DNA from: a virus
Reading direction: 5' to 3' (one strand)
Length of the DNA stretch: 38,361 nt
IMG/VR virus record: IMGVR_UViG_3300045988_175547
Coordinates: 1-38,361 of that record
This document shows, piece by piece, positions 14,316 to 23,378 of the stretch (positions are counted from its first letter, which is position 1; every line of letters begins with the position of its first letter). Position numbers and translations under genes: made by a program. Below the pieces are notes generated by a model. It was not told the DNA's origin and searched no databases. It saw only the letters and a list, made by a program, of their open reading frames with translations.

Positions 14316-14570
14316 CTATGCCAGTATCCCGTCGACGACAGATTCCGCGCCGACCGTGACCACGCGCACGCGGTCACCGACCGACGCCCCCGCGCAGTGC
14401 GCCATCATGGGCAGGCCGTCGAGCCTCGCCCCTCCCACGCGCACGTCCATCGTCCTCTCGCCGACGGCCAGCACGTCCCCGTACCGGACCGTCGGGACGG
14501 GCACGGCGGGCCGCGCGGAGCCGTCGTAGATCATGTCGCCGACGGCCAGCAGCGTCGTGTTCACATCCAT
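14316..14570 (-). CDS. Small tail-tip associated protein (hypothetical)
   Basis: 84-aa ORF, with its ATG immediately after the upstream stop. Confidence 0.55.
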   Translation of the reverse strand: MDVNTTLLAVGDMIYDGSARPAVPVPTVRYGDVLAVGERTMDVRVGGARLDGLPMMAHCAGASVGDRVRVVTVGAESVVDGILA

Positions 14571-15644
14571 CTATCTCGCCGCCCTCTCGAATCTCCTGAG
14601 CTCGGCGCGGACCATGCAGCCCGCCCCGAGGGTCAGCTCCTGCGTGCGCACGGCGAACCTGCCGCTTATGTCGCGGTATGCGAACGTGACCGCGTCGTAG
14701 CACGCCACGTGGGGCGCGTAGACGTGCGAGACGGTCACGCGCCTGGTCACGGACGCCTGCTCAGCCAGCAGCCTCGCGGCCTCGGCGTCGGCCTCGGCCT
14801 GCGTAACCTCGTCGTCGTACTTGTACTCCTTGACGCGCCTGCGCCCTATTGCTGCGGTGGAGTACGGGCTGCCCGGGTCGTCGTCGACGGCAACGCCGAT
14901 GACGGTCGCCTCGGGCGTCTCGTAGACCGCGCGCACGACGTTCGCCACGCCGCTGGCGTCGCGCTCGTCCACGCACTCGTCCAGGAACCTCGCGTCGGCG
15001 CCCTCGCGCCACTCGGCGGCGAGGGGGCGGGCATCAGGCTCCGCGTACCTGCGCATGAGCACGGTTCCCATCGGGTCGGTGACGGCTGACGCGAACCCCG
15101 CGATGCCGAGCAGGGCGTTGACGGCGCGGAGCTTGCTGCCGCCCTCGCCGTCGCTCGTCTCGGACAGGCCGAACGTCCACGCGGTGGAGAGCCTGTAGGC
15201 GCTCACGTCTGCCGACACGGCCAGCCCGCACGCGCGGCATATCGCCGCAGCCTCCGCAACTGGGTCGGAGCCAGCAGGAAGCGAGAAGGGCGCGTCGAAC
15301 GCGTCCTCGGCCAGTTCGGACAGCCTGCCCTGCATCGACACGCTGGCGCGGTCCACCTCGCCCGACACGTCGCGCTTGGGCACGCTCGGGACGAAGGTGC
15401 CCAATGCCACGCGCTCCACCTCGCCGCCGAAGTCGGCGTCCAGGTAGACGCGAACGAGGTCGGCACCCACGTCGAGGCCGCCCTCGCACGTCGCCGAGGC
15501 GCTCTCGTATACGTCGGTGTCGAGGTTGCGGGAGATAGAGCCGCCCGTCTCGAAGCCCTCCAGCTCGGAGACCTCCGCGCCCGTGGCGCGGCTGACGCGC
15601 ATGAAGCGGTACGAGGCGTCGAACTCGCGGAGCCAATCAGCCAT
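14571..15644 (-). CDS. Minor tail / baseplate-like protein
   Basis: 357-aa ORF in the post-tape-measure position. It overlaps the upstream gene by 8 nt. No catalytic motif recognised. Confidence 0.6.
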   Translation of the reverse strand: MADWLREFDASYRFMRVSRATGAEVSELEGFETGGSISRNLDTDVYESASATCEGGLDVGADLVRVYLDADFGGEVERVALGTFVPSVPKRDVSGEVDRASVSMQGRLSELAEDAFDAPFSLPAGSDPVAEAAAICRACGLAVSADVSAYRLSTAWTFGLSETSDGEGGSKLRAVNALLGIAGFASAVTDPMGTVLMRRYAEPDARPLAAEWREGADARFLDECVDERDASGVANVVRAVYETPEATVIGVAVDDDPGSPYSTAAIGRRRVKEYKYDDEVTQAEADAEAARLLAEQASVTRRVTVSHVYAPHVACYDAVTFAYRDISGRFAVRTQELTLGAGCMVRAELRRFERAAR

Positions 15645-17868
15645 TCGCGGCCTCCATCCACCTGACCTCCTCGGCGTCGATGGACACCGAGTGGAGGTCC
15701 CTCACGACCATCGACGTGCCGACAGACACCCTCGCGCGGAGCCTGCGGCCCATCGGGTCGCGCAGCCACGCCACGGCGTGCTCGCGGAACATCGACTCGA
15801 CCTCCGTGACCTCGGATGCGCTGAGCAGATTGAAGCCGAGCGACATCTTTGAGCTGACGCCGCCGTCGCCGTAGAACATCGGCAGCCCGCCGCCCGCGAA
15901 GCGTAGCAGCTCGCCCGTGCGGGACACGTCCACGCTGGACGACGGGGACAGCTCGAACAGCCGCCCGCCCTGCGCCGCCGGGCCGAAGTTGACGGCCCAG
16001 CAGCGGCTCTCGACCCTCATGGGGACGGTGAGCGTGGAGACGGCGCCCGACTGGGCGCGGGCAACGACGAGGTAGCTGTAGTCGGTGTTGATGGGCGGCA
16101 GCGGGTCGATGCACGACTCGCCGTCGGCCATGCCGTCGGCGACCACCCACTGGGAGCCGTCGGGCATGACGCGCACCACGTCCACGCTCTCGGTGGCTGC
16201 GGTGTCGCCTATCTCGGCCGCGCCGTCTACCACCTCCGCGCCCGCGCTGATGGGGATCGCGTCATCCTCCACCTCGTACTCGGGCGACATGAGGCCCGTG
16301 CCGACCACGCTCCATCCGTCGCCGCCGAAGCGCACCGTGACGGACACCGACAGCAGCTCGCCCACGACCGCCTCTGCGGCCGGGATGGCGGGGGCGGCGT
16401 ACTCCACGGAGCAGGTTCGCTCTGCGGTCGTGCGGAGCGTCGAGGTGCCCACGACCTCGAGCGCGACAGTCATGACCTCCCCGCTCGCCGGGAAGAGGCT
16501 GTCGCGCCCGATGGAGAGCGACCTGGCGCCTGCGGGCAGCTGGGCGCTGTACGACGCCGCGCCCGCCGTGACGCGCACCGTGGTGGAGGCGTCGGGGGTC
16601 TCGGGCGAGACCTGCCACTCGATGGAGAACGGCAGCTCGGACATCACGTCGTCGTCCGACGCGGGGCGCGTGATGACGACCTGCGGAGGGACGGCGGTGG
16701 CGCAGAGCGCCGGTGCGGACCACGCGCCCCAGTCCTCGTGCGCGCCCTTGGTGCGGACGCGCACGGACCACGAGTGCGGGGTTCCGTCATCCGGGATGAC
16801 GGCAGACGCCGCCGCGCCCTCCACGCCCAGCACGGCCTCGGTGCCGCCGTCGACCGTGTAGCCGACCTGCGCGGCCTCCTGCGCGGAGCCGTCGGGGTGG
16901 TTGGGCGTCCACGACACTCCCACTCCGCCGCCGACGGGCATGACCGCCGCCGCGAGCGCGACCTTGGGTGCAAGCGGGGGCGTGATGGCCGCTATCCGGT
17001 CGGATACCGCCCATGCGCTCGCGAGCGAGCCGCGCAGCGACTGCACGCGGTAGGAGACCATGCCGGCCGCGCCGGTGTCGTCGTAGGGGAAGGACGCAGC
17101 CTCGGAGACCTTTGCCCACTCCCCGCCGTCCACGCTCCGCTCGATGGCGTACGAGGTGGCGGTGTTGACGTTGGCCACGTCGGCGTCCACGCGCACGGTG
17201 CCAGCCGAGACGAGCGAGGCCGCGACCGACCTCGGGGCTGCGGGGGTGTTGTACACCGTGCCCGCCGTCACGTAATCGCTGTACTTGGTGTTCGCCGCGC
17301 GGAGCCTGTAGGCGTAGGCGTGGTTCGCGGTGACGCCGTTGTCGATGTAGTTGGTGACGTCCCAATTCAGGGCGGCGATCTGCGAGTAGCTGCCGCCGTC
17401 CGTGGAGCGCTCGACGTAGACCTTGTGCCAGTGACGGCCAGAGGCGTTGTCCCAGTTGCTCCCCCACGTGACCTTCGCCTGGGTGTCCGAGACGCGCGCC
17501 ACGGCGGGGTTCTTCGGCGGGTAGGGCTTGTTGAACTCGGCTGCTGGCGTGTTCGCCGTGGCGTAGACGGGGTTGCCCGTGTTGGTTCCGTTGCTCGACC
17601 AGCTGAGGTCTGCCGACACGTGGCAGCTGAAGCTTCTGGCGTCGTATGACGTGCCAACGGAGTAGTAGTCGCTGAAATCGTAGCTGCCGCCCCTGGTGCC
17701 GATGCTGGCGGTGTGGCCGCGCGAGCCGTAGCCGTTCACGCCAGTCTCGACGTGGAAGCCGTTGGCGTTGTAGGAATTCCGTCCGAGCTTCACGCGGCCG
17801 TTGACGCGGAAGCCCGTCGCGGATACCTCTGTGATCCAGATAGAGAGGTCGTGGTCGTAGGAGGACAC
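15637..17868 (-). CDS. Tail protein with fibronectin type III-like repeats (distal tail/tip component)
   Basis: 743 aa, GTG start right after the tape-measure stop. It contains repeated FN3-like segments (for example PPKNPAVARVSDTQAKVTW...YAYRLRA, PAAPRSVAASLVSAGTVRVDA...YRVQS). Confidence 0.7.
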   Translation of the reverse strand: MSSYDHDLSIWITEVSATGFRVNGRVKLGRNSYNANGFHVETGVNGYGSRGHTASIGTRGGSYDFSDYYSVGTSYDARSFSCHVSADLSWSSNGTNTGNPVYATANTPAAEFNKPYPPKNPAVARVSDTQAKVTWGSNWDNASGRHWHKVYVERSTDGGSYSQIAALNWDVTNYIDNGVTANHAYAYRLRAANTKYSDYVTAGTVYNTPAAPRSVAASLVSAGTVRVDADVANVNTATSYAIERSVDGGEWAKVSEAASFPYDDTGAAGMVSYRVQSLRGSLASAWAVSDRIAAITPPLAPKVALAAAVMPVGGGVGVSWTPNHPDGSAQEAAQVGYTVDGGTEAVLGVEGAAASAVIPDDGTPHSWSVRVRTKGAHEDWGAWSAPALCATAVPPQVVITRPASDDDVMSELPFSIEWQVSPETPDASTTVRVTAGAASYSAQLPAGARSLSIGRDSLFPASGEVMTVALEVVGTSTLRTTAERTCSVEYAAPAIPAAEAVVGELLSVSVTVRFGGDGWSVVGTGLMSPEYEVEDDAIPISAGAEVVDGAAEIGDTAATESVDVVRVMPDGSQWVVADGMADGESCIDPLPPINTDYSYLVVARAQSGAVSTLTVPMRVESRCWAVNFGPAAQGGRLFELSPSSSVDVSRTGELLRFAGGGLPMFYGDGGVSSKMSLGFNLLSASEVTEVESMFREHAVAWLRDPMGRRLRARVSVGTSMVVRDLHSVSIDAEEVRWMEAANG

Positions 17869-17869
17869 C

Positions 17870-20437
17870 TTACCTCATCCCCTTCCTGGCCTTGACGCGC
17901 TCGGCGACCGCCATGAGCGCTGACGCGAGGCGCTCGTCATCTGCGACCTGCGCGCCGTCGATGTAGAAGGTGTAGGACGGGCCTGCCGCGACCGCGCGCG
18001 GGCTGGCCGCGATGCCGGGCTCTGCCATGGCCGTGACACGCGACAGACGGGACATGCCCGCCTCGAAGTCGCCCACGGCGCCAGGTACGGCCCGCGCGAA
18101 GCCCTCGCCGAGCGCCTCGGCGATGGAGATACCCGAGTAGAGCACCCAGCCGTGGCCCGAGAACGGTCCCTCCTTGGCGGGTGAGAACGGGAAAAGCCCG
18201 CGGATTTTCTCAAGTCCGCCCTTCACGGTGTTCACCACGCCGCCGATTGCGTTGCTGATGCCGCGTCCGAGGCCGTCAAGCATCGCTTTTCCGGAATTGA
18301 CAAGCCATTCGCCCGCACCGGCGAAGAATCCGAGAATCTTGTCCTTAATCGATTTGACCGTGTTGTACACTGCGTCAACGCCGGATTTGGCCGCGCTCTT
18401 GATGCCGTTCCAAATCGAGCTAAAGGCGCTCTTGATGCCGTTCCAGCAGGAATCCCAAGCGCCCTTGATGGTGCCGAGCACAGAGCTGATGATGCCTGAG
18501 ATAGCGTTGATAACTGAGCTAACGATATTCTTGATACCGTTCCACACCGTGGAGGCAATGGCTTTAATGCCCTCCCACACGCCAGACCAATTACCTTGTA
18601 TAGCCGCGAGCACTGTACCGATAACGGCGTTAATGACCTGCATAACGGTTGTGATAACCGTTTGGATAACGGGCCAAACAGCATTGATAACCGCAGCGAT
18701 AACCGCGCATGCAGTGGAGAAGACCGTTTGGATAATCGGCCACACAACGGAGATAACCGCCATGATAACGGTCATCACAGTAGTGATGATGGTTTGAATC
18801 ACGGGCCACACCGCATTGATAACGGCCATGATAACCTGGCACGCCATCGAGATGTAGTTCTGCACCGTGGGCCAGACCTGCGTAACGATGAGCTGGATAG
18901 CGCTCATAACGACGGAAACGACGGCTTGAATCACGGGCCAAACAGCCTGGATGATGCTTTGAATCACGGAGCAAGCCGTGGTAAAAGCCGCCTGAATCGT
19001 CGGCCATGCCGCCACGACGAAATCCTTAACAGCACCCATTACCTGCGTTACGACCTGTTGGATAACGGGCCAGTATTGGGTAACAGCGCCCTGAATCACG
19101 GAGCAAGCCGTGGTAACTGCCTGCTGGATGTAAGGCCACACCTGAGCCGCCGCCGCTTGGATACCAGACCAGGCAGAATTAATGGCGTTGCGCACGTCCT
19201 CGTTTGTGTTATAGAGCGCCGCAAGGCCGACAACGACCGCCGCGATTGCAGCGATTATCAGGCCAACAGGACCACCGGCAACGGCAGAAAGCGCAGCGCC
19301 AAGCGATTTGAAGCCGGATACGATACCGAAAACCTTCTGCATACCACCCATGACGGGCAAAAGCAGAGTGAATGCCGTGATAGCGGGCATGATGGCGGGT
19401 GCAAGCTGGTTGAAAGCGTTAACGATTCCATCAAGAAAACCGCTAGGCAACGCGCTCTTGATTTGGCCGAAAACGGAAGCGATGCCGCTCGCGCCTTTTG
19501 ATACAACATCCTTGATGCCGTAGATAACCGTAGCGATCGCATCAGCGGTCTTGCCGAAGCTGCCGCTAAAGGCGTTAATCGCGCCGGAGATGTTTTCTGC
19601 TCCAAACGCATTGATAATCGTCTGAACGGCTTTCGCAACGCGGTTCGAGATATTATCGAGCGCGGTGCCGATGCCCTGCGTCGAATCCTTGGCCTGCTGC
19701 GCGAACGACGCGAAACCATCCACGCCTTCTTGGTCGAGCTTCAGAACGGCTGCGTTGAAGTCATCCATCGTAATGGAGCCGTCTTTTAGGGCATTGTATA
19801 GGTCTTTAGAGTTAGCGGTCGGGCCGATAAGCGCCTTTGCAACCTGGTTAAGCTGTCCGGGCATGACCTCTTGCAGGGTCTTCCAGTCTTGCAGTTCGGG
19901 CTTGCCTTTGCTCAGGATTTGGCTGTACTGCTGCATCGCGCGAGAAACGTCTGCTGTCGATGCACCGGAGGCCAAGCACATATCGTTAAAGGCGATGCCG
20001 ATATTCGTCGCTTCATCAAGGGAGCCGCACAATGGCGCAAGCTGCTGCACCATGGATGTAAGCCCAGGCAACGATGTAGGCAGGCCGTCGATAGACGCAG
20101 ACATCTTTTTAATCGACGCTTCGGCTTCTTGGCTCGAATACCCAAGGTTCTTCATGACCTTCGGGAAATTGTTCATGGTGTCAACGCGGCTAATTGCGCT
20201 GCCAAGCGAGTTGCTAATAGCTGTAAACGCCTTGCTCGAAATCGAGGCAACAAGACCGGCGACCGCGCCAGCCTTGGCGCTCAGACCATCGCTAAAGTTC
20301 GTTCCGGTCTGCGCGCCCGCCTTCGAGCCAATGGCGCTAGCACCTGAAAAAGCGCCGTTCAACTGCTCAGTAATCGAACCGGTAAGGTTATCGAATTTAG
20401 GGGTAAGCAGCACTGAACCGCGCGCCACATCAGCCAT
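17870..20437 (-). CDS. Tail tape measure protein
   Basis: 855 aa, helical and Ala/Ile/Val-rich, with regular Trp-containing repeats. It sits in the canonical position after the frameshifted chaperones. Confidence 0.9.
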   Translation of the reverse strand: MADVARGSVLLTPKFDNLTGSITEQLNGAFSGASAIGSKAGAQTGTNFSDGLSAKAGAVAGLVASISSKAFTAISNSLGSAISRVDTMNNFPKVMKNLGYSSQEAEASIKKMSASIDGLPTSLPGLTSMVQQLAPLCGSLDEATNIGIAFNDMCLASGASTADVSRAMQQYSQILSKGKPELQDWKTLQEVMPGQLNQVAKALIGPTANSKDLYNALKDGSITMDDFNAAVLKLDQEGVDGFASFAQQAKDSTQGIGTALDNISNRVAKAVQTIINAFGAENISGAINAFSGSFGKTADAIATVIYGIKDVVSKGASGIASVFGQIKSALPSGFLDGIVNAFNQLAPAIMPAITAFTLLLPVMGGMQKVFGIVSGFKSLGAALSAVAGGPVGLIIAAIAAVVVGLAALYNTNEDVRNAINSAWSGIQAAAAQVWPYIQQAVTTACSVIQGAVTQYWPVIQQVVTQVMGAVKDFVVAAWPTIQAAFTTACSVIQSIIQAVWPVIQAVVSVVMSAIQLIVTQVWPTVQNYISMACQVIMAVINAVWPVIQTIITTVMTVIMAVISVVWPIIQTVFSTACAVIAAVINAVWPVIQTVITTVMQVINAVIGTVLAAIQGNWSGVWEGIKAIASTVWNGIKNIVSSVINAISGIISSVLGTIKGAWDSCWNGIKSAFSSIWNGIKSAAKSGVDAVYNTVKSIKDKILGFFAGAGEWLVNSGKAMLDGLGRGISNAIGGVVNTVKGGLEKIRGLFPFSPAKEGPFSGHGWVLYSGISIAEALGEGFARAVPGAVGDFEAGMSRLSRVTAMAEPGIAASPRAVAAGPSYTFYIDGAQVADDERLASALMAVAERVKARKGMR

Positions 20438-20447
20438 TTAATCACCC

Positions 20448-21274
20448 CTATTCGCCTTCCTCATCCACCTCCGTTGTGGTGGCGGAAGACCGCGCGCCGA
20501 ATAGAAGCGCGTCGATTCTCGCCTTATCAACGTTGAGATGGGTTTTCTTCTTTTTCTTCTTCTTCGCCTTGGGTTTAGGAATCGGCTTCGGCTTCTTGCC
20601 CTTGCCGCCGCCCAGGCCATAGGAGATGTTTGCAAGCTGGTCTACGATGAGCGCGAGCAGGTAGGTGCTCTCGTCCCATTCCAGCTCAGGGTGTAGGCGT
20701 ATAAAGGTGCGCGATTGCGCCGGGAGCTGCGCGGTAAGAGTCGCAATTGCCGCGAAGCGCCCAGCATCCATCATCGCGTTTAAATCCAGCCGGTAATACT
20801 GCTGGAAATCTGCCGTGAGCTCGTCCCGATAATCGAGAAGTATCGGAGCGAGCGCCGCTAGTTTTTTACTTCGAGGTGGTTGAACAGCTCGTTTTCGATG
20901 CGCATAATCTCTTCGAAGTCCTCATAGCCCATCTTGGCCTTAACGACCTCGCACACCTTGTCATCCACCTTGCCGCCGAACACGAAGTCATAGAGCGCCA
21001 GGGCGCACGAAATCGGAGCGTCCTCGCCCTTGCGCTCGTAATCCTGGAACTCGGCGAACATGCGGATGAACTCGCGGGACTTGATTCGACGCATATCGAC
21101 GCGGTACGTCTCGCCCTCGAACTCGATATCGTTCTCATAGGGCTGCTTATCGTCAGGGACGATGTTGAACCTAGGCTCACGGTCCATGTAACGCGCCGTA
21201 ACGGTCTCGCGCTGCATTTCCTTCGCGGTGGCGTACTCGCGGAGCTGCTCAGGGGTCATATCCTCGATATTCAT
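20448..21274 (-). CDS. Tail assembly chaperone, -1 frameshift fusion product (G-T-like)
   Basis: After a slip at A_AAA_AAC, the -1 frame reads LAALAPILLDYRDELTADFQQYYRLDLNAMMDAGRF... with no stop. It runs in frame with ORF 20448..20774. Confidence 0.7.
20858..21274 (-). CDS. Tail assembly chaperone (G-like, zero-frame product)
   Basis: Acidic 138-aa protein between the major tail and tape-measure genes. The ATG at 21274 has an AAAGGA RBS (the ORF-track start 21298 is GTG inside a hairpin). It ends ...GAA GTA AAA AAC TAG. Confidence 0.8.
   Translation of the reverse strand: MNIEDMTPEQLREYATAKEMQRETVTARYMDREPRFNIVPDDKQPYENDIEFEGETYRVDMRRIKSREFIRMFAEFQDYERKGEDAPISCALALYDFVFGGKVDDKVCEVVKAKMGYEDFEEIMRIENELFNHLEVKN
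20861..20867 (-). other. Slippery heptamer A_AAA_AAC for -1 programmed ribosomal frameshift
   Basis: The minus strand reads GUA AAA AAC UAG. The heptamer fits X_XXY_YYZ in the zero frame, immediately before the stop. Confidence 0.7.
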
Positions 21275-21295
21275 TTTCAATCCTTTCGGTAGGCC

Positions 21296-21358
21296 CACGG
21301 AGGACGGTAAGGACGGCTTTAGCGCCTACTACCAAAGCCGCCGTTGCCGCCCTCCGTG
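21296..21358 (-). other. Long imperfect stem-loop in the major-tail / chaperone intergenic region
   Basis: The outer stem pairs CACGGAGG (21296..21303) with CCTCCGTG (21351..21358). Inner pairs are ACGG/CCGT and CGGCTTT (21314..21320) with AAAGCCG (21334..21340). No U-tract follows. Confidence 0.6.
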
Positions 21359-21379
21359 CGGAAAAGCGGTAGTTGCAGC

Positions 21380-21988
21380 CTAGGCGGCAACAGTGGTCGT
21401 GTCGTAGATGTACTCGCGCATGCAGTCGCCCTCGAAGAAATCGGAAGGCAGGCACTTGATGGTGGGCGTGTATCCGGCGAGATCGGAATTGTTCATCTCT
21501 TGATCGTCGCGCTCAGTGATAATGCCGTTAGGGATAACGACGCGCTTAACCTTGGTGTCGGACACGACAGCATCGAAGATGAAGAGGTGAGCGCCCGTGA
21601 AATTCTTGTTATGGCGAACGGTGGTGGTGCCCTTGCCGTCAGTAGTTACGTTCGCGTCGCCGTAAACGGTCTTGAGCACGGTGTCGCGTGCTTCGAGGAA
21701 AGTCACCTCAACGCCCTCGGAATAAGAGGTCATGGGCGAAACGATGGTCACGCCGCTCCAATCGGTCTTGTCGTCGGTGTCGGTATCGGTCGTGACGGTG
21801 ACGCCGTCCTCGGAGATGTAACCAAGGGATTTGAGAACCGCGCTGGGTGCCTTGCAGAGCTCTGCAAGGGTCTTGGTCATATCGATAAACGGGGTTGGGT
21901 CGGTGCCAGCCGGGGCAACGCAGGCGTAACCGCCCTCACGGCCCTTGGCGATACCGACGTTGGAAGCGTCAAGCATGTTTTCAGCCAT
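21380..21988 (-). CDS. Major tail protein
   Basis: 202 aa, Thr/Val-rich beta protein. It has the size, composition and position (before the chaperones) typical of phi13/TP901-type major tail proteins. Confidence 0.8.
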   Translation of the reverse strand: MAENMLDASNVGIAKGREGGYACVAPAGTDPTPFIDMTKTLAELCKAPSAVLKSLGYISEDGVTVTTDTDTDDKTDWSGVTIVSPMTSYSEGVEVTFLEARDTVLKTVYGDANVTTDGKGTTTVRHNKNFTGAHLFIFDAVVSDTKVKRVVIPNGIITERDDQEMNNSDLAGYTPTIKCLPSDFFEGDCMREYIYDTTTVAA

Positions 21989-22004
21989 TTTGCTAATCCT
22001 TTCT

Positions 22005-22036
22005 AAAGAAAAAAGCCGCTACGCTCTCGTAACGGC
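22005..22036 (-). terminator. Hairpin + U-tract upstream of the major tail gene (overlaps the end of the preceding CDS)
   Basis: The minus strand reads GCCGTTACG-AGAG-CGTAGCGGC followed by TTTTTTCTTT. It shares the 12-mer AAAAAAGCCGCT (plus strand) with the elements at 24851 and 29290. Confidence 0.55.
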
Positions 22037-22366
22037 CGTGAAATCGAGTTGATAGCGGTAGCACCTGCTATCAGGGTCGGGGAAGCTGTAAATTCCGCCC
22101 ACGGAACATGAGCAGACGTTCGGGCAGGTCTCGCGCATGTTGGTCAGCACCTCGCGCGCCATCAGGGCGAGGGTGTAGGCCTCCGCCTCGCTCTCGGCCC
22201 AGCACTGCACGGCAAGATTGGGTGCATCGCGGCAAAGCGAATAGCCGCCGCCCGTGCGCTCAACCGTCGTGAAGCGCTGCGGTCGGTCTGCCGGGACGAT
22301 AGAGCTGGACGGCACGCCCAGACCTTTTTCGAGCGCCGCGCAGGTTGCGGCGATAACGTCAAACAT
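22019..22366 (-). CDS. Head-tail joining / tail terminator-like protein
   Basis: 115 aa from the ATG at 22366, which overlaps the upstream stop (TGATG). The call rests on its position in the connector block. Confidence 0.6.
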   Translation of the reverse strand: MFDVIAATCAALEKGLGVPSSSIVPADRPQRFTTVERTGGGYSLCRDAPNLAVQCWAESEAEAYTLALMAREVLTNMRETCPNVCSCSVGGIYSFPDPDSRCYRYQLDFTAVTRA

Positions 22367-22659
22367 CAGATGCCACAACCTTTCTTAAGCGTGTTGTTGC
22401 GCAGGTTGTCAACGTAAGCGTCAACGTTGGCAACGCCGATGCGAACGCCGTTGCACCAACTCAGCGGCTTTACCTGCACATCGTATTCGGGGTGCCCGTG
22501 CGGAAGGCTTGCCAGCGAATTGCAGCGCGCCGCATATCCAGCGCCCTGCTCGTAGAGCATCCCGGTAACGCCGTCGCTCTTCGTGATGGAGACAACGCCG
22601 CTGTCTATGTGCTTCACGCGCCCTTTGAGCTTCATCTTTAACGTGAATCCGCTACCCAT
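22366..22659 (-). CDS. Head-tail connector block protein (hypothetical)
   Basis: 97-aa ORF that overlaps both of its neighbours. No motif recognised. Confidence 0.6.
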   Translation of the reverse strand: MGSGFTLKMKLKGRVKHIDSGVVSITKSDGVTGMLYEQGAGYAARCNSLASLPHGHPEYDVQVKPLSWCNGVRIGVANVDAYVDNLRNNTLKKGCGI

Positions 22660-23002
22660 TGCACACCTCGCATTCGACCGTGCGATTCCAATCGCCCGGG
22701 CAATTTGCGTTTAGGTACGGTTGCGGGTCTCCGATAACCGAGTATTCGGCTTCAAGATATTTGACCCTGCAACCGCGCAAAGCATGCTCGTAGGTCTTCG
22801 GAAAATGGAAGGTCATCGCAACCTTTACGCCGTCCGGCCTAGAAGCTTCGAGGTCGCTCGTCGCGCCGGGTTGCGGCAAGACGTTTTCGACGGTTTCAGC
22901 CGTCCATCTGCCGGGCACAGCGTTACCGTGCGAATCCTTACTAGCGGCAGTTCGCCGCAAGACCTCGACCGCAACGCCGCTAATCAGATTCATTTCAATC
23001 AC
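22652..23002 (-). CDS. Head closure / head-tail adaptor protein
   Basis: 116 aa. Its pattern and position resemble SPP1 gp16-like head-closure proteins (...YSVIGDPQPY...). Confidence 0.6.
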   Translation of the reverse strand: MIEMNLISGVAVEVLRRTAASKDSHGNAVPGRWTAETVENVLPQPGATSDLEASRPDGVKVAMTFHFPKTYEHALRGCRVKYLEAEYSVIGDPQPYLNANCPGDWNRTVECEVCNG

Positions 23003-23366
23003 CCGCCATCATCCGGCATGAGAGAACCGCGCCGGAGGAAAGCCCGAGCAAGTCAAGCTCAGATGGAAGGGGGCGCATGTACTGGTCGAGCAGCGAGACG
23101 GAAGCCGTGTAACTCCCGGCGGTCTGCGAATACTGCGATACGCCGGAAAGCCCGGCAGGCGTGGAGAGTGCGCGATTGACCATCGCCATGCACACAGTGG
23201 CCGCATTGAGGTCTAGCACCTCGTCCACACCCGCCGTATACCCGTCCATCTTGCCGAGAAGGTAGCCCGTGGCGCGAAGCAACAGCGCTTCAAGCCGCTT
23301 CTCGTCGGCTACCGCGCCATATGCCGCCGTGTATTCCTCGGGTGTAGCAAATGCCTTGATAGCCAT
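22995..23366 (-). CDS. gp6-like head-tail connector protein
   Basis: ATPEEYTAAYGAV...LEALLLRATGYL is typical of the phage gp6-like connector family. The gene lies directly after the capsid gene. Confidence 0.7.
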   Translation of the reverse strand: MAIKAFATPEEYTAAYGAVADEKRLEALLLRATGYLLGKMDGYTAGVDEVLDLNAATVCMAMVNRALSTPAGLSGVSQYSQTAGSYTASVSLLDQYMRPLPSELDLLGLSSGAVLSCRMMAGD

Positions 23367-23378
23367 CGTGAATCACTC

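Noticed and set aside
18392-19171. Possible CRISPR-like or satellite array suggested by the strong periodic repetition
   Set aside because: The repeats are degenerate, in frame and encode the 22-aa Trp-phased tape-measure repeats. There are no unique spacers. No CRISPR array was seen anywhere in the window.
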